A DNA stretch of 64,000 bases from Dipteris shenzhenensis (taxonomy: Eukaryota): the NCBI GenBank assembly GCA_047967505.1, contig CM106538.1; one strand, 5' to 3'. The notes under the pieces are model-generated. The model worked only from the letters and a program-made list of their open reading frames with translations. It did no database searches and had not been told where the DNA came from. Each line of letters opens with the position of its first letter. The first letter of the stretch is position 1. A program made the translations under genes and the position numbers. Below are positions 35,300 through 50,709 of this stretch, piece by piece.

Positions 35300-37700
35300 C
35301 ATATGTCCCTATGGTACTAAGACTTGTTGACAAACTTCTGAGAGAGCAATGAAGATGGAATGTTCTCAATTAATTTTTGCACCATTACAACATGCACTCA
35401 TCAAGTGGAGGGATCATCATAATGGAGGCATCTCAAGAAGGAGTTGAAAGAAATCAAAGAAGGACTCAAAGAAAGAATAAGGGCAGAGGGACCACCCTCC
35501 TTTGAAACCCAGGTCAAAAGTGGTCTTTGGTGCACCGAATGCAAACATTTTATCATGGTCAATAGGAATGTCCCTCTAAACACAAGGTACTGACTTCTAC
35601 CTCATTCTTTACCTTTTGTGAAATTCATGGACATGATGCCTCTCCTTGTAGGTACCTGAAGGGGTCAAGGAAGATTCTACCAGAGTATCTGACTGGAGAA
35701 CCCCTAGTTGTTGGGGTCCAAAGAGCCACACCAACCACTTCTGGCCCAGTACCCATACCCCTTGCTCTTGTGAACGCATCAGAGCCACTTATCCCCTATA
35801 CTATTGTGCCTCCATTGCTTCCTAAACCCCCTTTACTTCAAGCTCTTGCAACCAACAAGGTTCAAGCCCTATTTTTTAATCCTCAATCGTATTCCTCAAT
35901 CGTATTATGCACTCGTATCAACCACCTACCCACAGAGGTGGGTATGGATCATTCTAACCCATGTGGTCGACGAGATGGTTTTTAAGGAGGTCAGGGAGGA
36001 CAAGGCAAAGGGGGACCCTAACATCATAGGCCAATCATATGCTATAGATGTTATGAGTATGGCCACTACCAAGATAATCGATTGTAAACAACTGTTTGGG
36101 GGACCATCTTGCACACAATGCAACACCATACTACAGCAAGACTCTGCCCCAATGGCAGGGAGGAATTGGCATCTCAAGTCAATATGGTCGAGGTAGTCAT
36201 GGTGGGGGAGGTAGGCAGCCCACACATGATTGGGAAAGTGACAAGGTCACAAAGTAAGGCTAGCATGGTTTTGGAGGCCTCATCTCCACCAAAGACCGCC
36301 TCCCTAAGCCATGTTCACGAAATTCCTCCCCCAAATTCCTTGGTAGAGAATATTCCTCAGAAGACCTTGACCTTGTCTTCCATCAGTAGCTTAGAAGGAA
36401 TATCTTAGGGGACTCAGTCGACAAGACCTACCCTTAACTCCTAACACTGGTATGCCTCCTAGTGAAGTAACTATGCCGTCATACTAGGCTGTGATTAAGG
36501 GTGCTACTTGTGCCATTCAAAAAGCACCATTCACTTCCCTTCTTGCAAGGTCAAAAAAATGGGGTTTGCAATTGTGGCATACATAATAGATAGACAGGAG
36601 CATAGAACATGGATAAGAAAGAGCAACTAGGACCTTCCACTTTCCCATAGTAAGCGCGCCACGGCTGGGGACGATGGATTACACAATACAAGAGACAATG
36701 GCTAGAGATTTACATCTATGCCCTCGACCCTTGGTGAGCTTTGATCCTTGGACCAAAGATCGGGTTCTCAGGTCTCAAGAGTCCATCACAAAACCCTATT
36801 CTTTGATGGAATTTTGGCCCAACACCACTCTTAAGGCAACTATGTCAATTGTCTCCACAAAGCAAGCACCAGACCATTGTGTTCTTGAAACACATACTAG
36901 GTTGGCAACAAAAGGGACAAGTTTTTGCAATAGATGGTAAGGATGGACATGCAGTGAACCAATGCTCAACTTACACTACCGTGTGGAAATAAATGAGTTG
37001 CAACTCTAGGATGTCTTCCTTGATGGGGGAGCATCCGTGAACACTATGCCCAAAGGTACAATGCAACACTTTGGTCTATATCTAACAAGTGACGTACATT
37101 TCCCAGTACGAATGGATGATCAATGTAGAGTGAGGCCTATGGGAGGTCAAAGGTGTCCACATAAAGAATGGTGGAGTCACATTTGTATCCAATTTTGTCA
37201 TCCTGGATATCACAAAGATGAACAAACCTATCCTCTACTCAGAATACCATGGTTGAGGTTTGCCAAGGCCCCATCCAGGATTGGTCTGTTGATGAGTCCG
37301 GCTGCCTTTAGGGTTGACATCCCTTGGAAATAGATGTGATCACTGAAAAGGCTCATCACCAGTCAATAGAATTGAGGAAAGAGGATTTTGAAGAGGAAGT
37401 CGGTGTGGAGGAGGAACATTGGCCTCTTGGGGATCGACCTATTTTGGGGTGACAATTGAACTACATTAAGGAATCACCCTTTCAAAGATGACACCTCTGA
37501 CACACAAGAGTGTGGTGAGAGCTTGGAATACTTGTTGGATGAGGCTGGCCTGGAAGAGAAGAAGCTATCATCTTGGGTTGGATGGGAGCCCTCGGATCCT
37601 TATTGCCAACATGGTGGATTTATTCACCCCTGATGACTCAAAAGCCCATCTTGGTAGTCTAAGTTTTGGCACAAGAAGTAATCTAGGAAGAATTTGCTTT
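35300..37700 (+). mobile_element. Highly decayed gypsy gag/protease remnant
   Basis: Knuckle-like WCTECKH (~35528), protease DVFLDGGASVNTMPK (~37010), YPLLRIPWLRFAKA. Confidence 0.55.
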
Positions 37701-39423
37701 AGTAGGTTTATGTGAAATAATTTATGATACATTGCCTTTTGGTCTCTAAAATAGTCCCCTCATGTATTGGAGGATGGTGTCTTCAAGTACCATGCAAGGT
37801 GGTAGTGGGGTCACCAATGTGACTTGGGACCATAATGAGGTAGTAAAGACACATGACATGGGATAGTTCCAAATGGAATGAGGTCCGAATCTAGCAACCA
37901 TCAAGGGAGAAGATACTGATTGTATCGCAGAGTCAGGTGACAATTATGATCCCTATGATACAAAATGGAAGGAGGATCATCCAACACTTGTAGAGGGAGA
38001 GGACATGAGGATATTAAAGAGGCCATTGACCATTATGATCTCTATGATACCAAAGACGAGGATGATCACCTAGCGACTAATGTCACCAAGGATGGGAGAT
38101 AACTACTGGGAGGACAACGGGCACCATAGTGCACAATATGGACTTCGAGGAACCCAAGAGTGGACTGGACAATTGAAATTCATACACATCTAAAATGGAG
38201 TCATGTGCAATGGAGTAGACCACAACTTATTTGGAGAGAAGGACATTGTGGACCTCACCTTGCTTGATCTTGTTAGAGACAAATGTCCCCATGATTCAGG
38301 ATCTTCTAGGGACTATTTATGAGGTCGAAGGATTACCATACTGAGGAATGCCCAAGAAATTAGAGAATGGATAACTTTCGTCCATTCGATCAATTTCATG
38401 TCAGTATTCAATGTTATACTTCAACACCCTGGCTACCGGGATCGTCCTTCTTGCGACCCTTAAACTCAACAAACTTACACTTTAGACTAGTTGGGAACTG
38501 GTGGTACTGTGGAACTGGTGGCACTAGCATGCCTACTATATTCAATATTCCTTTTGAAGTCAGTTGCTTTACCAGATTCGGTTGAGTTGGTGGACTAGAT
38601 TGTGTATTTGGATTTGATTGGCTTACCAGATTCGATGGGACAACCAAATTTACTTGTATTTTTGGATTTGGTCGACTTATCGGATTTCTTTGATTTACCA
38701 GATTTTAACTGTGTTGTTGAGCTTGGTTGACTTACTAGATTTCTTTGATTTGCCGAATTTACTCTCAAAATGGATTCATTCTTTTGCTTGGTCCTCGTAA
38801 ATCTTTAGGAGGACCAAGCAGGTACAAACTTTTTGCTTTCCATTCCACCTGTAATATCAGATATGTGTTTCGGATGATTCAAATGCCAAACAGTGTCACA
38901 TTTGATCCATGGATACTAAAGCATGATTGTTAATAACTCCATGATCTACTTCATCGATTACTATATGAATTACCTATCATCCTTCACCAAACCCATCAGG
39001 GAAATACTTCTGTAGCAAAAGTTCACCTATTGACTATCAGTTTTTGCCCGCAATATCAGCATCATTGGCCACTTTGATCTCGAAGTTGTTGGCGGGGTAA
39101 ATAAACAACAGGATAGCCAATGTTTTGGGGTTCAATTAGAACTCTCAAACATATTTCAAATAGGAATTCCTAAGTCTCTCATCTCTCAAAAAGAAGAGAA
39201 AAACTAATGAACACATCATAAGCATGTTGCAAGAGTGCATCATGTCGACAACATTGTCAAAACAATACGTATTACAGCAGCAATACCATCAATAGCAGAA
39301 CCGTAAAACATGTGAATAGAATCTCAAAGGCAATACTCACATTTATTCATCAAAATTCTTCACAGCAACTACATCTCTCTCACGTCTGTCTCACATGTGT
39401 GGATTAGAGGGATACACCTGACA

Positions 39424-39582
39424 ATTGGTATCCCTTGCCATTTGAACTACCTACCATAACTATATTGGTGTCCCTTGCCATCTAAACTAACTACCATAAC
39501 TATATTGGTGTCCCTTGCCATCTGAACTAACTACCATAACTATATTGGTTTCCCTTGCCATCTAAACTAACTACCATAACTA
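39424..39582. repeat. Minisatellite, 4 x 40 bp
   Basis: ATTGGT(A/G/T)TCCCTTGCCAT(T/C)T(G/A)AACTA(C/A)CTACCATAACTAT at 39424, 39464, 39504 and 39544. Confidence 0.95.
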
Positions 39583-39599
39583 CCGAATATGTATGTATA

Positions 39600-42500
39600 T
39601 TTATATGTATATTAGGGAACAATGAAAAACTAGTAGTCCATTAGTAGATCAACCCTACTTGCTCCATTTTCTCAATATCAGCTTGGATGGCCATATCGTA
39701 GTTGGGATTCATGCAGTATGGTCCTTTGTTCACTGGGTCTACAGCTAAGTATAAATCTATACGATGCTCCATGAACTCAACGAAGAAACCCTTTAGATTT
39801 TTGTATGACCAGGCAAACATGTCCAACATACTTTTGAAAAAAATTAAATCAATGCAGTAAGAAGATAATCATGCTCCCAAACCCAACTAAGGACCTTTAG
39901 ATTCTATGGTTAGTCCTCAGTCCCAATATTGAGATACTACCAATTCCATGCATGATCAACTTGGGTCATGCGTGCTGATGTGGGGTTACTTGGCTCTGCT
40001 ACTCCCCATTCTTCATGTGCGGGAGTATTCTCCAAAATAAAATCCCTCCACTTTCCTAGAAAAGATATTGGTGTGTCTTCTTGAAGTGGTTGAGATGTAA
40101 AGGTAGCACTTAGTGTCATTATCTTTTTGCCACTTTGCACAATTTGAAACCATGCGGTGCTGATTGAAGAATCGGGGGACACATCCATATGTCGGACCAA
40201 GTCAATAGCTCCCTTGTATGAGTTGCAACAATGTGACTGCTCGACATGCACTATGCAAGGAGAAGTGTGGTACAACCAACCTGAGAAAATCAATGTATAT
40301 GTGGTAACGTTATCTAAAGGTCTGAGATGATATAGCAAAGGCACCACCAAAAAAGGAAAAGTGTTTGAAGTGGAAGGACGAGGTTGAGGTTCATATGCTA
40401 GCTTTGAAGCAGATTGAAAAGATGCAAACATCCTGCAAGCAACTGGAGGAATGGCGACCGATTACACCTGATTTATGAGAAGTTGTACCAAATTCTTCCA
40501 GAACAAGTGCAACACCACAAACGGATATGGAGGTAAGCTCCATAATTCATGTTGATGTTAAAAGTCCTAAATTGGAAAATTTTTTAGAAGGATTGTTGAC
40601 ATTCAAGGCCCCATTTTCGGAATGGTTCCAATGGAAGAATTTGATTCAAAGGCGTCATGTCTACATTCACAGGATGACCATAGTACCAACAGTGCTTTGC
40701 AAATTTATGCACATCTTTGATCACAGTTGGCCACCACAACCTAGCTTGAAAAATATTCCATGATTTCTCCTACAAAGTGGCCATGGTTTAGCCCCTGATG
40801 TGCCTCCATTAGTACCACATTCTGTTCTGTTCCAGTACACAATTTGTAACACCTGATTAGCCCCTCATCAATACAACATTCTAGCAATCACCATGAAACA
40901 TTTGCTCTTAATGCCATCCATTTTCTTTGATCCAATGACATCTATTTTGGGAAAATACCACCTATGAGAAACTAAACCATCCAGTTCATACCAATACATG
41001 CCCTGAATGGGTTCCACTTCAAACAAATTCAAATTTCGCATTCAGTAGATCATTTGGAATGCCCTTTAAGGGTGGTTTCCCTAAATCCAGCTGACTCAAA
41101 TAGTCAGCTGCTAAATGATCATTGTGTACCATAGTATAGTCAAACTCTTGAAATAAGAGAATCCATTTACCCAACCTACCAATCAGCTGCACCTTGTTCA
41201 TCACTAAATATAGCAATGCTTGGTGATCCACATGAAATACAATCTTGTTACCCAATAAGCAATGGCAAATTTTACCCAAGGAATAAATCATACCTAAATC
41301 TTCCCTCTCTATTAGCGAGTAATTATGTTTTACACTGGCGGGTGTATGGCTTGTGTAATAGATTGGTTAATACTAACCCTTCTGCCTTTTCTGCATCAAT
41401 ACTACACCAATGGCAATATTTGATGAATATCTGATGCATCAATGAAAACATGAAAGCGTAGGTTCCAATCTGATGGCTATAATGCTAGTGCAATCACCAA
41501 ACTCTTTTTGAGAAGCGGGAATGCTTTTTCATGTTCCTCCCTCCAAATGAATGAAATATCCTTCTTAGTCAGTTTTGTGATGGCAGACATATGACAGGTA
41601 GCACAGAAGCCAGTTATGCCATTTTATTTGGTGCACAAACCTCTGCAAGTCCTTGAAATTTCTGGGAACCTAATTTTCTTGGATTGCCTCAACCTTATAG
41701 GGATCAATCACCATCCCTTCTTCAAAAATAATGTTTCTCAACAATACTCCCCTCTTTACTGTAAAGGTGCACTTGGCCGAATTTAGGCTTTGAGCAGTCT
41801 GGCATTTGTCAAAAGCACAGATGCAATTGATGCAAATGTGTTCAATGTTTTATTCAAAGATGTTGAAATCATCCGATGGCAAGATAAGGTTCAAACACCT
41901 TTTGTATCCATGACTAGAATGTTGGCGATGCATTTTTCAACTAGAACGTCATCACATTACTAGCATCAACCCCCCATTCTGTAACATGTGATGTTTTATC
42001 CTTATATTCTTTAGCCATCTGGACTTGATTATACCCACTAAAACCATCTAGAAAACTATACATCCCATGCCCAGCAACAACATCCAGCAAAGTATCACAA
42101 AATGGCAAAGGAAACAAATCATGATTGTTTTTGCATTTAGCTTTTGATAGTCCAAACAAATTCTTAGCTTCTTTGGAATGATGACTTTTGAGGGCAACCA
42201 TGTCATGTTATCTATTGGATATATGAATCTCACCATCAAACAGCTTGTTAATCTCCTCCTTGACTTGCTTCGCAAAACTCAAATTCATACAGTAGCGCTG
42301 TTGAATCACAGGATTGGCATCTTTCTTCAAATTGATCCACTCCTTTCATATTCATGTATTCGCAAATATCTTTGTACTCACGCAATAGCTTGGCCAACTC
42401 CATCCGGAACTCTCCCATAGTGTATACACTTAGATTAAAATTCCTCCAAGTCCTCTTTGACACGGGATGTTCTCTGCATATTCTCCTCATACGCCCATTT

Positions 42501-43500
42501 AACCTTCAAAATTAGCTCTTGTCCCTACTTCTAATATAGTGCAATTTTTCTCTCATCTGGTTCTGGATCGGATATGGTGGGTTGGACGTCATCCGGATCG
42601 GCTGGCTCCTTTGGCGCTAGATCTTCCACTGTTATTGCATGAACAATAGTAGTGACCTATTTCCTCCGAATGATCTCTTGGGACACTACTACCACATCTA
42701 TCTCAAAGATTGGAATCGTCGAGACAGATCAGCGTCTAAGAACTTCCGTTCCTCTCATCATCATCAAGTTCTATGCCCATGTTCACCCCTTGTGCCATAA
42801 CGCTTCTCTTTTCTTAAGGGCCGTATTTGGAATCATCTACATCTTGAGCTTCTTTTTTGCCACTCATTACTGTAATCATTGAGGAATTCCAGTCTAGTTT
42901 TGCTCTAGCAGATTTGAACCTTGGCCTACCCAAGAGCATAGGGTACCACACATCTTCCTCCATCTAAAGAACCACCAAATTGATATGGAACACCATTCCG
43001 AATCACTTGATTACATATGATGCCTATTGGTTGAATCCTTCTTTGATCCGCTATGTGAACTTAACATGAGGCAGGTTGTAGACTGAAAAGTCCCAATCTT
43101 TTGAACACATATTGAGGTAGTATGTTTACTTCGGAACCTTGTCTAGCAATACCCCCACCAAACTCTGGCCGTGGTATTGCACCTTCACTGCTAGTACAAT
43201 ATAATCCAACAACCTTGGGTTCAGCCTAGCATGTGATTATTAGTGTGTCCTCATACAGGTTACTTGGTGGTATAAACTCTCAAGGTTTGAATTGGTCATG
43301 GGCCACATGAGCTCTCTTATTAGTCCTTTTTTTACCTCGGGGACCATCTATAATAACAACCGCTCCACCAAAATTTTCACCTTTACCTTCTTCAGGGTGG
43401 GGATCAAGTATGTCGTGATGGCCAAAATAGGTTGGAGCTTAGGCACTAAGGGATAATATGGGAGCCAATAAAGCAAAATTTTCGATTGAGTTGGTCTCAG
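39600..43500 (-). mobile_element. Decayed non-chromovirus Ty3/gypsy pol remnants
   Basis: FAWSYKNLKG...EHRIDL...MNPNY (39641-39829); KLRICLDYQKLN and FPLPFCDTLLDVVAGHGMYSFLDGFSGYNQV (41941-42275); FHVDHQALLYLV...GRLGKWILLFQEFDY (41019-41291). Confidence 0.8.
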
Positions 43501-45899
43501 ATCAAGGGACTCATTTTTTGAATGATACTATGACAAAGTTGACTGACATCATGGTGAATTAGGTTTTAGTGAGATCTTCAAAAGGCATGTACTTATGCAA
43601 AACTCGCTACCATTGGGGTTTTTGAGAGGTATTTTGTCTATTTTATCCTCCACTTCAATTGGGAAGTGCTCTAGTTTCATTGAGAGAGGGTCCTATGGAA
43701 GGTGCTTGGCTGATATGAAGGATAGGTGGATAATAGTTTGGACCTACTCGAGAGCAAATTCTCTAGGTTGGTGAGCTATCCTATAGCTGACTCTGATGAC
43801 CCAATGTGTGTGCTTGTGGAGGGTCCTGAGGATGATGGCTGTGTGAAGGTGGAAGATGTGGAGGGATTACAAAAACTGAGGTAAGTATTAAGGGGGGAAG
43901 AGTGTGGGTAGCCAATATCTGTGGGGGGGTGGGACAAGTGGGATCTATCAAGTGAGCTATGGAATAAAGACCACTATAGCTAGGTAGAACTATTCTTCTG
44001 TGAGTTGCTTTGGATAGGCGACATGCTCAATTTCAAAATGGCTAAAGCCTTCATCGAGCATGCGTTGCATGGCTTCCAAAATTTTATTGTAAAGGACAAG
44101 AATGCTAGAAGGGTGAAATTAGGTAACATCATTGGCCAAAAGATAGCTATGGGTATTTTCAACTTCTTCATGGCCGCATTCTCACAGCCACTCAAGGCCT
44201 TCGGAAATGGAATGTGGACTACAAGCCAATATCGAAAGGTCACTAGGCTTAGATAGCTCTAGGATTTCATTATTAGCAAGAAAAAGAGAGGATTCCACTA
44301 TACACCTACACCAACTTCAAAAATTGAGGATGATATGGTGAAGGGGAAGGTCTTGGATATCTTGTCCTAAAAAATTTTTAGGTCTCCACTGAAAAAGGCC
44401 ATATATAAAACGGAGAGGCCGTGGAGAGAGTGGCATAATATAAAAAATGTAAGTGGGTGGGAGAGGGTTAGTGAACTTTAAGTGGTATTGGATGAAGGCA
44501 ATTTTTAGAATATTATAGTGGAAGTGGAAGGTGTCTTCCATTGAGCAGGGTTCAAGGTCATGCATATGGAGGCCTCTAGGAGTTGTACGTACTCCTTCTA
44601 TTTGCTAGTTCTTGGCGGCTTCTGGCTAATGATATAATTGGTTATATTTGCAGAGTGCACATTGGGTCAGGTAACTCGGCATGTGCTAAATTGCTAACTT
44701 GGCATGCACTAAATTAGACTTAATTTAGTATGTTTTTTAGTTGGCCTTTTTTGGGACATTTCTTAACATTTTCTTGACCTATTGGGGGATTCGGACTAAG
44801 CCAAATTTGACTATCTGAAATACAATTCATGAGCTGACCCAGAAGGAAAAGTACACCCTAACAGTAAAACTGTGAGGGGGGGAATTCTTGATTCCTTCCT
44901 TCATGTCTAAATATGTGAGTGGGATGTTGTGCATTACTGATTTTGCACTGTAATTACCCTACTCACATAGTGCATGCTGGATTGACAAGTTTTATGCTCT
45001 TTGAATCTATAGCCAGCAGTTGCCTAACCTAGACACCCACCTAAGGCTACTTAGTGGGAGATGCACGTGAGTGTTTTTGGAATGGATGGTCTTCGAAGAA
45101 AATAATAAGGTGGCATCCCTTGTCACCAATCCAAATGAAAAGGGGTTGGCTGATTGGGATACTGCCTTGGGGGAGGGGTTTGTGGGAGACTCCTCAAGCG
45201 TGTCAATGGTGAACTTGGTCATTTTGTGTTACTCTAGGGATAGAAGCCTTACATCCAGTTGTTGGAGATCCTTTACTCTTATCAATTATTAGGGATAGGT
45301 TCTTGTGGAGTGCCGAGTTGTATGGAGCTCGTCTTTTTGTCTTCACTTGAAATCCTTTGATGAGGCTTGAACAATTTGAAAAACATTGAGGGCATGTTGC
45401 GGTCATGGCTGGGGCCTTCCTTGTAGCAGCAGGTTCTTGTGGCATTGCCTCCTTTATAGAAGCAAGCTCTTGTGGGGCTCCTACATGTGCCTTTGGTATC
45501 CAAGTGGTAGTTGGTCATTTTTTTAAGGGCTTCCATACCAATTGTTATGGTCAAGATGGCATAGGGTCAGCCCTTGCATAAGTGACATTTATGGTGGGGG
45601 TACAAGCATGGGGCTTTGGTAGCCATATGCATTGATTGCCCTCATAGTACGCTTGAGCCTTGGTAGGAATTTCTTCGGAACCAATTGGGATTTGCATTGT
45701 TACCTGGGTCATGGATGGCACGCTCTTTTCCCTTCCTTGGGGTGAGTCCTTAGTGAGGCATCTTGTTGGGAGGGAGATTGGGGGTTAGCCTCTAAGAATG
45801 CCTATTGTGGTGGTTTGTGGTCCTTCTTCCTCTAGACGTTCTTTATTCACGATCGTTTTCTAAACTGGAACCTTTAATGAGGAGGAAGTCACAAAATTC

Positions 45900-48800
45900 T
45901 TAGGTACCCAAGGAGTTGGGGCAAGGGGACTGCTTCACTTATTGGGGTGGGTTTCTTGTTTTGGTCCTTGTGCCATAGAGGCACCATTGAGGTCTATACA
46001 CCACTCATTAGGGTTGCCATTCTTTCACACCAGTCTATCTAGCAGTTGATGCAAAAGCATCATTCTTTATCCAAAATGACCTATTTCGTCGATTGCGCAT
46101 ATTGGCATATAGAAGCGGCTCCCTAATCTATGGTTATTAATGGTTACTTTAGTATCTATGTAATTAATTGTAGGCATGCTTGGACCATTAACAGCTTATA
46201 TTCTAGCAAGGTTGGGTTTAAGGAGTAACTCTGGCAATTGTTCCAATACCTCAAGCGAGATGAAGTTATGGTTTTCTCCAGAATCCGCCAAGGCTACTTC
46301 GGAATGAGCAGTTTGTATGTTATCCGTTGATAACTTAACTGGCAACTTAGTAGGGTCAATTATTAGATTATCCACATCATCTTTTTGGTCTATAGTTTCC
46401 TTTAAAATTGTCATTAATTCCTTTTGATTGAGTTTAGCATGATGAATGCAGGCTTCCTCAATTGCTTGTCTTTTCATATGAGTGACCTCCTTTTTAAGCT
46501 CCTTCTCCCTATGGAAGCTTGAAGAGTTTATTGAGTCAGGGGGCCATAGTAGCACTTAAGCTTGCTTTTGCTGATATAGCCATCCATCTTGACTCCATCA
46601 AGGGTTGCAATTTGGCATGTCCCTTGTGGCATGATTTCCACAACCCGGTATGGACCCACACCATGATACTTCAATTTTGCTTGTTCCTTACACTATAAAA
46701 TAATGCAAGGTTGCCCTTGCTAAGGTCCTTCTCCTTAAGGTTGTATTCAAACTAATGTTTTCTTCGTAGTTTTTCAACTTTCATGCCATATGTGGCCCTA
46801 AGCAAGGTCTCATCAAATTTCTCCAGCTCTATTAGCCTCTGGGGTTGGCTTCTTTAGATAATCTTTCTTGAAATGCCACCCTTAGTCTTGCTGCTATGAT
46901 GGGCATTACTACCTCTACCCCAAAGGTGAGATTGAATGGGGTGCAATTAGTTGTAACTTTGTATGTGGCGCGATACGCCCATAATGTGATGGTGAGCTTA
47001 TGCTCCTTGTCACTTCGGCTGGCCTCCACCATGCGTGTCATACTACTACATAGAGTTTTATTAGATCTATTGTCTTGCCTGTTTGCTCTAGGGCAATAAG
47101 GAGTTGATTTCCTATGAACTATTAGAAACTCATAAGGATTTGTATGGCTTTGTTTAAATGAGTCCCTTGATCGCTAACAATATCCAAGGGGAGGCCGAAG
47201 CGTAATATGTTATTTTCATATGGGAACTTAATTGTTGCCCTAATGTCAACCTTGCTAGTTGCCTTGGCTTCCGTCCACTTGGTAAAATAATTAGTTCCCA
47301 CGATAATATATTGGGCTTGCATCCCTTTAGCTACTGGACTAATAGGTTCAATAAAATCAATGTCCCAATTCTCAAATGGTTGTCCTGTGAGAATTCCTGT
47401 AAGGGGCATATAATCCTTCTTTGAGGGATGGAAGATCTTTGCAAGGGGTCGTAGCGTTTAGTGAATTTGGTTGCATTTGTAAAAAGATTGGGCCACCATG
47501 ATCTTACTTGCAATACCTTGTGGACCGTAAGTTCTCCTGCAAAATGACCTCCTGCTGTGCCCAAATGGGCTTCTTCCAATACTTTGATAAACTCATCCTT
47601 GTGGACATAGTGGTGCATTATGATGTCCTTACCCATTCGGTATAATTGATAGAATATTAGTTGATTAAAATGTGGCCAACCTCTTGGGCCCATTTCTGTA
47701 TTAAATCAACAAGGAATAGTGGGGCATCAAGGAGATTATTGTCAATGCAAAGTGCTAGCTGTCCATTGGGAATCCAAGACATGTGATCTATAATAAAATG
47801 TGTCCTTCCCTTGCGAACCATGACTGTGAAATAAAACTCTAACAATATGAGCATCCATCACGTGATGTGTCCAGTCATGCAGGGTTTGTCCACTAAGTAG
47901 AGAAGTGCTTGATGGTCTACAAAGAATATAAACTTGTTTGCCAAGAGATAGTGGCAAAATATCTTCACTGCATAAACCATTGCGAGGCCTTCCCTCTTCA
48001 TGATTGTAGAGTTCATCTCGGCATCATTAAGTTGGCGACTTGCAAAGTATATGAGGTAATCCAAATTGGGTCCAAATTATACTCGCCTGGCTATGCCAAC
48101 ACACATCCTATTACAAACTTTGAGGCATCAATATGCACATGGAAGATTATATCCCAATTTGATGTTCTCAATATAGGAGCTGAGGCCAATGCGAGTTTAA
48201 GGGTCTCAAAGGAGGTTTGTGGCATTCATCCATCCAGTTGAATACAATTAAAATCTTATAAAAAGGGAGAGCAATCTCGGCATAACTATAACTGAATCTT
48301 CTATAATAGCCCATATGCATGGTGAAATATTGTACACCTTGGCATTTGTTGGGGGGTGGAGGGTAGCTCCAAAATGAGCTTGATCTTGTTGTAGTCCATG
48401 GAAATCCCACTTTTGGACACAACATGCCCTAGGATCCGACACCCAAAACTAGCAAGGGGTTGAGGGAATTTCTATATAGGTGACAATTCTCGAAGACTAG
48501 TCATAAATATTTGAGGTGGTCATCCTGCTAAATGTATGTATAGGTCATCAAGTAACACCTCTAGAAAGTTGCTCTAGTACTCTTTAAAGGCTATAATCAC
48601 TCAGCCTTTGGAATGTTCTAGAGGCATCAATAAGCCTAAAGAATATCAATCTTGAAGCATAGACTCCCCATTCCATGGCAAATATTGTCTTATATTGATC
48701 CGCTCAAGCTATGGATACCTAGTTGTAACCAAATAATCCATCAAGAAAGATGGAGGCTTCTTTTCCTACAACTATCTCTAGTACATGTTGCGTGAAGGGA

Positions 48801-49950
48801 AATGGATAGCGCTCTTTTGCATAGGAGCATTTACCTTCTTTAGATCGATGCATACTCTAATTTTGCCATTTTTTTTTAGCACTATGGCTATGGGGGATAC
48901 CCAATCTATATGATCAATCTCAAATATGAATCCCACGTTGATGAGCTTTTGAATTTCTTCTCTCACAATCATCGCTTATTTGGGATTCATAATGTAGGGT
49001 CTTTGCCTAACCGGTGTGACATCATCCATCTTATGGATGGTGTGTTGCACGACCTCAGGGAACATACCCATCATATTCATGTACTTCTAGGCAAAGCAAT
49101 CTTTGTATTCTTTCAAAAGAGAGATTAAGGCCTCTTCTTGTACAAGCTTGAGATCATCTGTGATGTAGGTGGGTTTAACATCATCATCCAATGATGTGAG
49201 GTCTACTTTTTAAACCTTGGTCGGACCATCAAAACATTGTTGGTTTCCCTCCTCTACCATCCTTTTAGCTTGCTTTAAAAAGTATTTTGTGTTCTTGGAC
49301 TAGGTAGGATTTAAAATGCTTTGGGACTTGGCATAGATCCATATTCTCCTCTTCATCATCCTCCAAGTCCCTCTCCACATCCTGCTTCTCCTTAGGGGAA
49401 GCCTCTTTACTTTTGGCCCTTGGGGCCTTGTCCTTTAGTGGGGCTTAGCCTTTGGGGAAGACTTATCCTTTTGTGGGGGATCTTCCTTGGCTTTCATGGA
49501 TCCTAATGGGACCTTTACTCTTTTCAATCTAGTTACCCAATTGGAGGAGAATTCTTGGTGCCCGGTGATAGCGTTGGCCTACTTGAGCCAATGAGGTTAG
49601 AATTTACCTTCCTCTCTCCTGTTCCTTCCTTGGGTTCCTTAAGAATGTTAATCATGTTCAAGGGGATTGGATGCCTTGGCATCATAAGCTCCCATCTATG
49701 TTTCTCTCTTTTCAGACACACCTATGGCTACAAGAATGTACATCCAATTGTGGTAGAAGTAAGGTTTTGCTAGTGGAGCATGCCAATGTTCATCTCAATA
49801 CTCTTGTTCATCCTTTTTGTTGCATGCCTCAAACATGTTCATTGAGTGGTCCGCTGGGTAGTGTTTGACTTGACTATTGCGAATAACTTGCCAAACATGT
49901 GAGGGGCTTTCCAATTTTGAAGGTTGACCCCCACCTCGTGATTGGATCCA
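45900..49950 (-). mobile_element. Second decayed non-chromovirus Ty3/gypsy pol (RT-RH-INT)
   Basis: WVSPIAIVLKKNGKIRVCIDLKKVN (48778-48972); IYFASRQLNDAEMNS...EGLAMVYAVK (47858-48064); EEAHLGTAGGHFAG; PFENWDIDFIEPI...YFTKWTEAKA...IVSDQGTH (47122-47409); LWAYRATYKVTTNCTPFNLTFGVE. Confidence 0.85.
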
Positions 49951-50509
49951 TTAGCAATAGTTCAAGGGCTTAGAATGAAGGCTCTTTATGGAGTGATGAC
50001 GAGGGGATGTTGCAGTCCAACGATGAGGGCTTCTTGCAGGGTGATGATGGCGAGAAGGGGATGTTGATTTAGATATGTGCTATGTCATGGCCCTTTTATT
50101 TTTAAAGATGAGGTTGGCTTTGATGATAAGGTTGGCTTTTTAAAACTAACATTTGCTATGATGATGATGAGACCAATGATGCCAATGGTAATGGGGTTAG
50201 TTATGGGAAATGGTTGGAAAGATGATGACAACAATGATGAGCCAATATATTTTTTAGTTAAAATAAGCATGAACTTTGTCAAAGCATTGTCGGAAAAGAT
50301 TTATCCCACAATAGACATGTAGGCCATGTCCTTTACACTAAGCATTTGTCAAATGATAAAGGATGATTACGGAATAAGTCTTCATCATTATGAGTGGTAG
50401 TTACATTTCCTAGTTACATTACTTGATGTAAGCTGTGAAAGGATGTGACAATACATGTCAATTTGAGTGTCTAAAAAGGACAAAGACAAGCACATTTGTG
50501 AGCATATAT

Positions 50510-50690
50510 GGGTGCATGTGTTGTTGTGTGCATGTGCACATGCATGTGTGTGTGTGTGCACGTGCGCGTGTGGTTGCGTGTGTGTGTATATGCATGTGCA
50601 TGCATGTATGTGTTTGTGTACACGTGTGTGCACGTGTGTGTGTGTGTGTGCGCGCATGCACGTACACTTGTGCATGCTTACATACTTGAG
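50510..50690. repeat. Degenerate (TG)/(CA)/TGCA alternating purine-pyrimidine microsatellite
   Basis: Continuous GTGTGCATGTGCACATGCATGTGTGTG-type run. Confidence 0.9.
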
Positions 50691-50709
50691 ATCTTGATTA
50701 TAATGCTGT

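Noticed and set aside
38785-38820. Hairpin TGCTTGGTCCTC...GAGGACCAAGCA as a Helitron end or miRNA
   Set aside because: 12-bp stem only, with no properly placed CTRR end and too short for a pre-miRNA.
39424-39582. Regularly spaced repeats that could suggest a CRISPR array
   Set aside because: Head-to-tail 40-bp units with no unique spacers, in a eukaryotic context with no cas genes.
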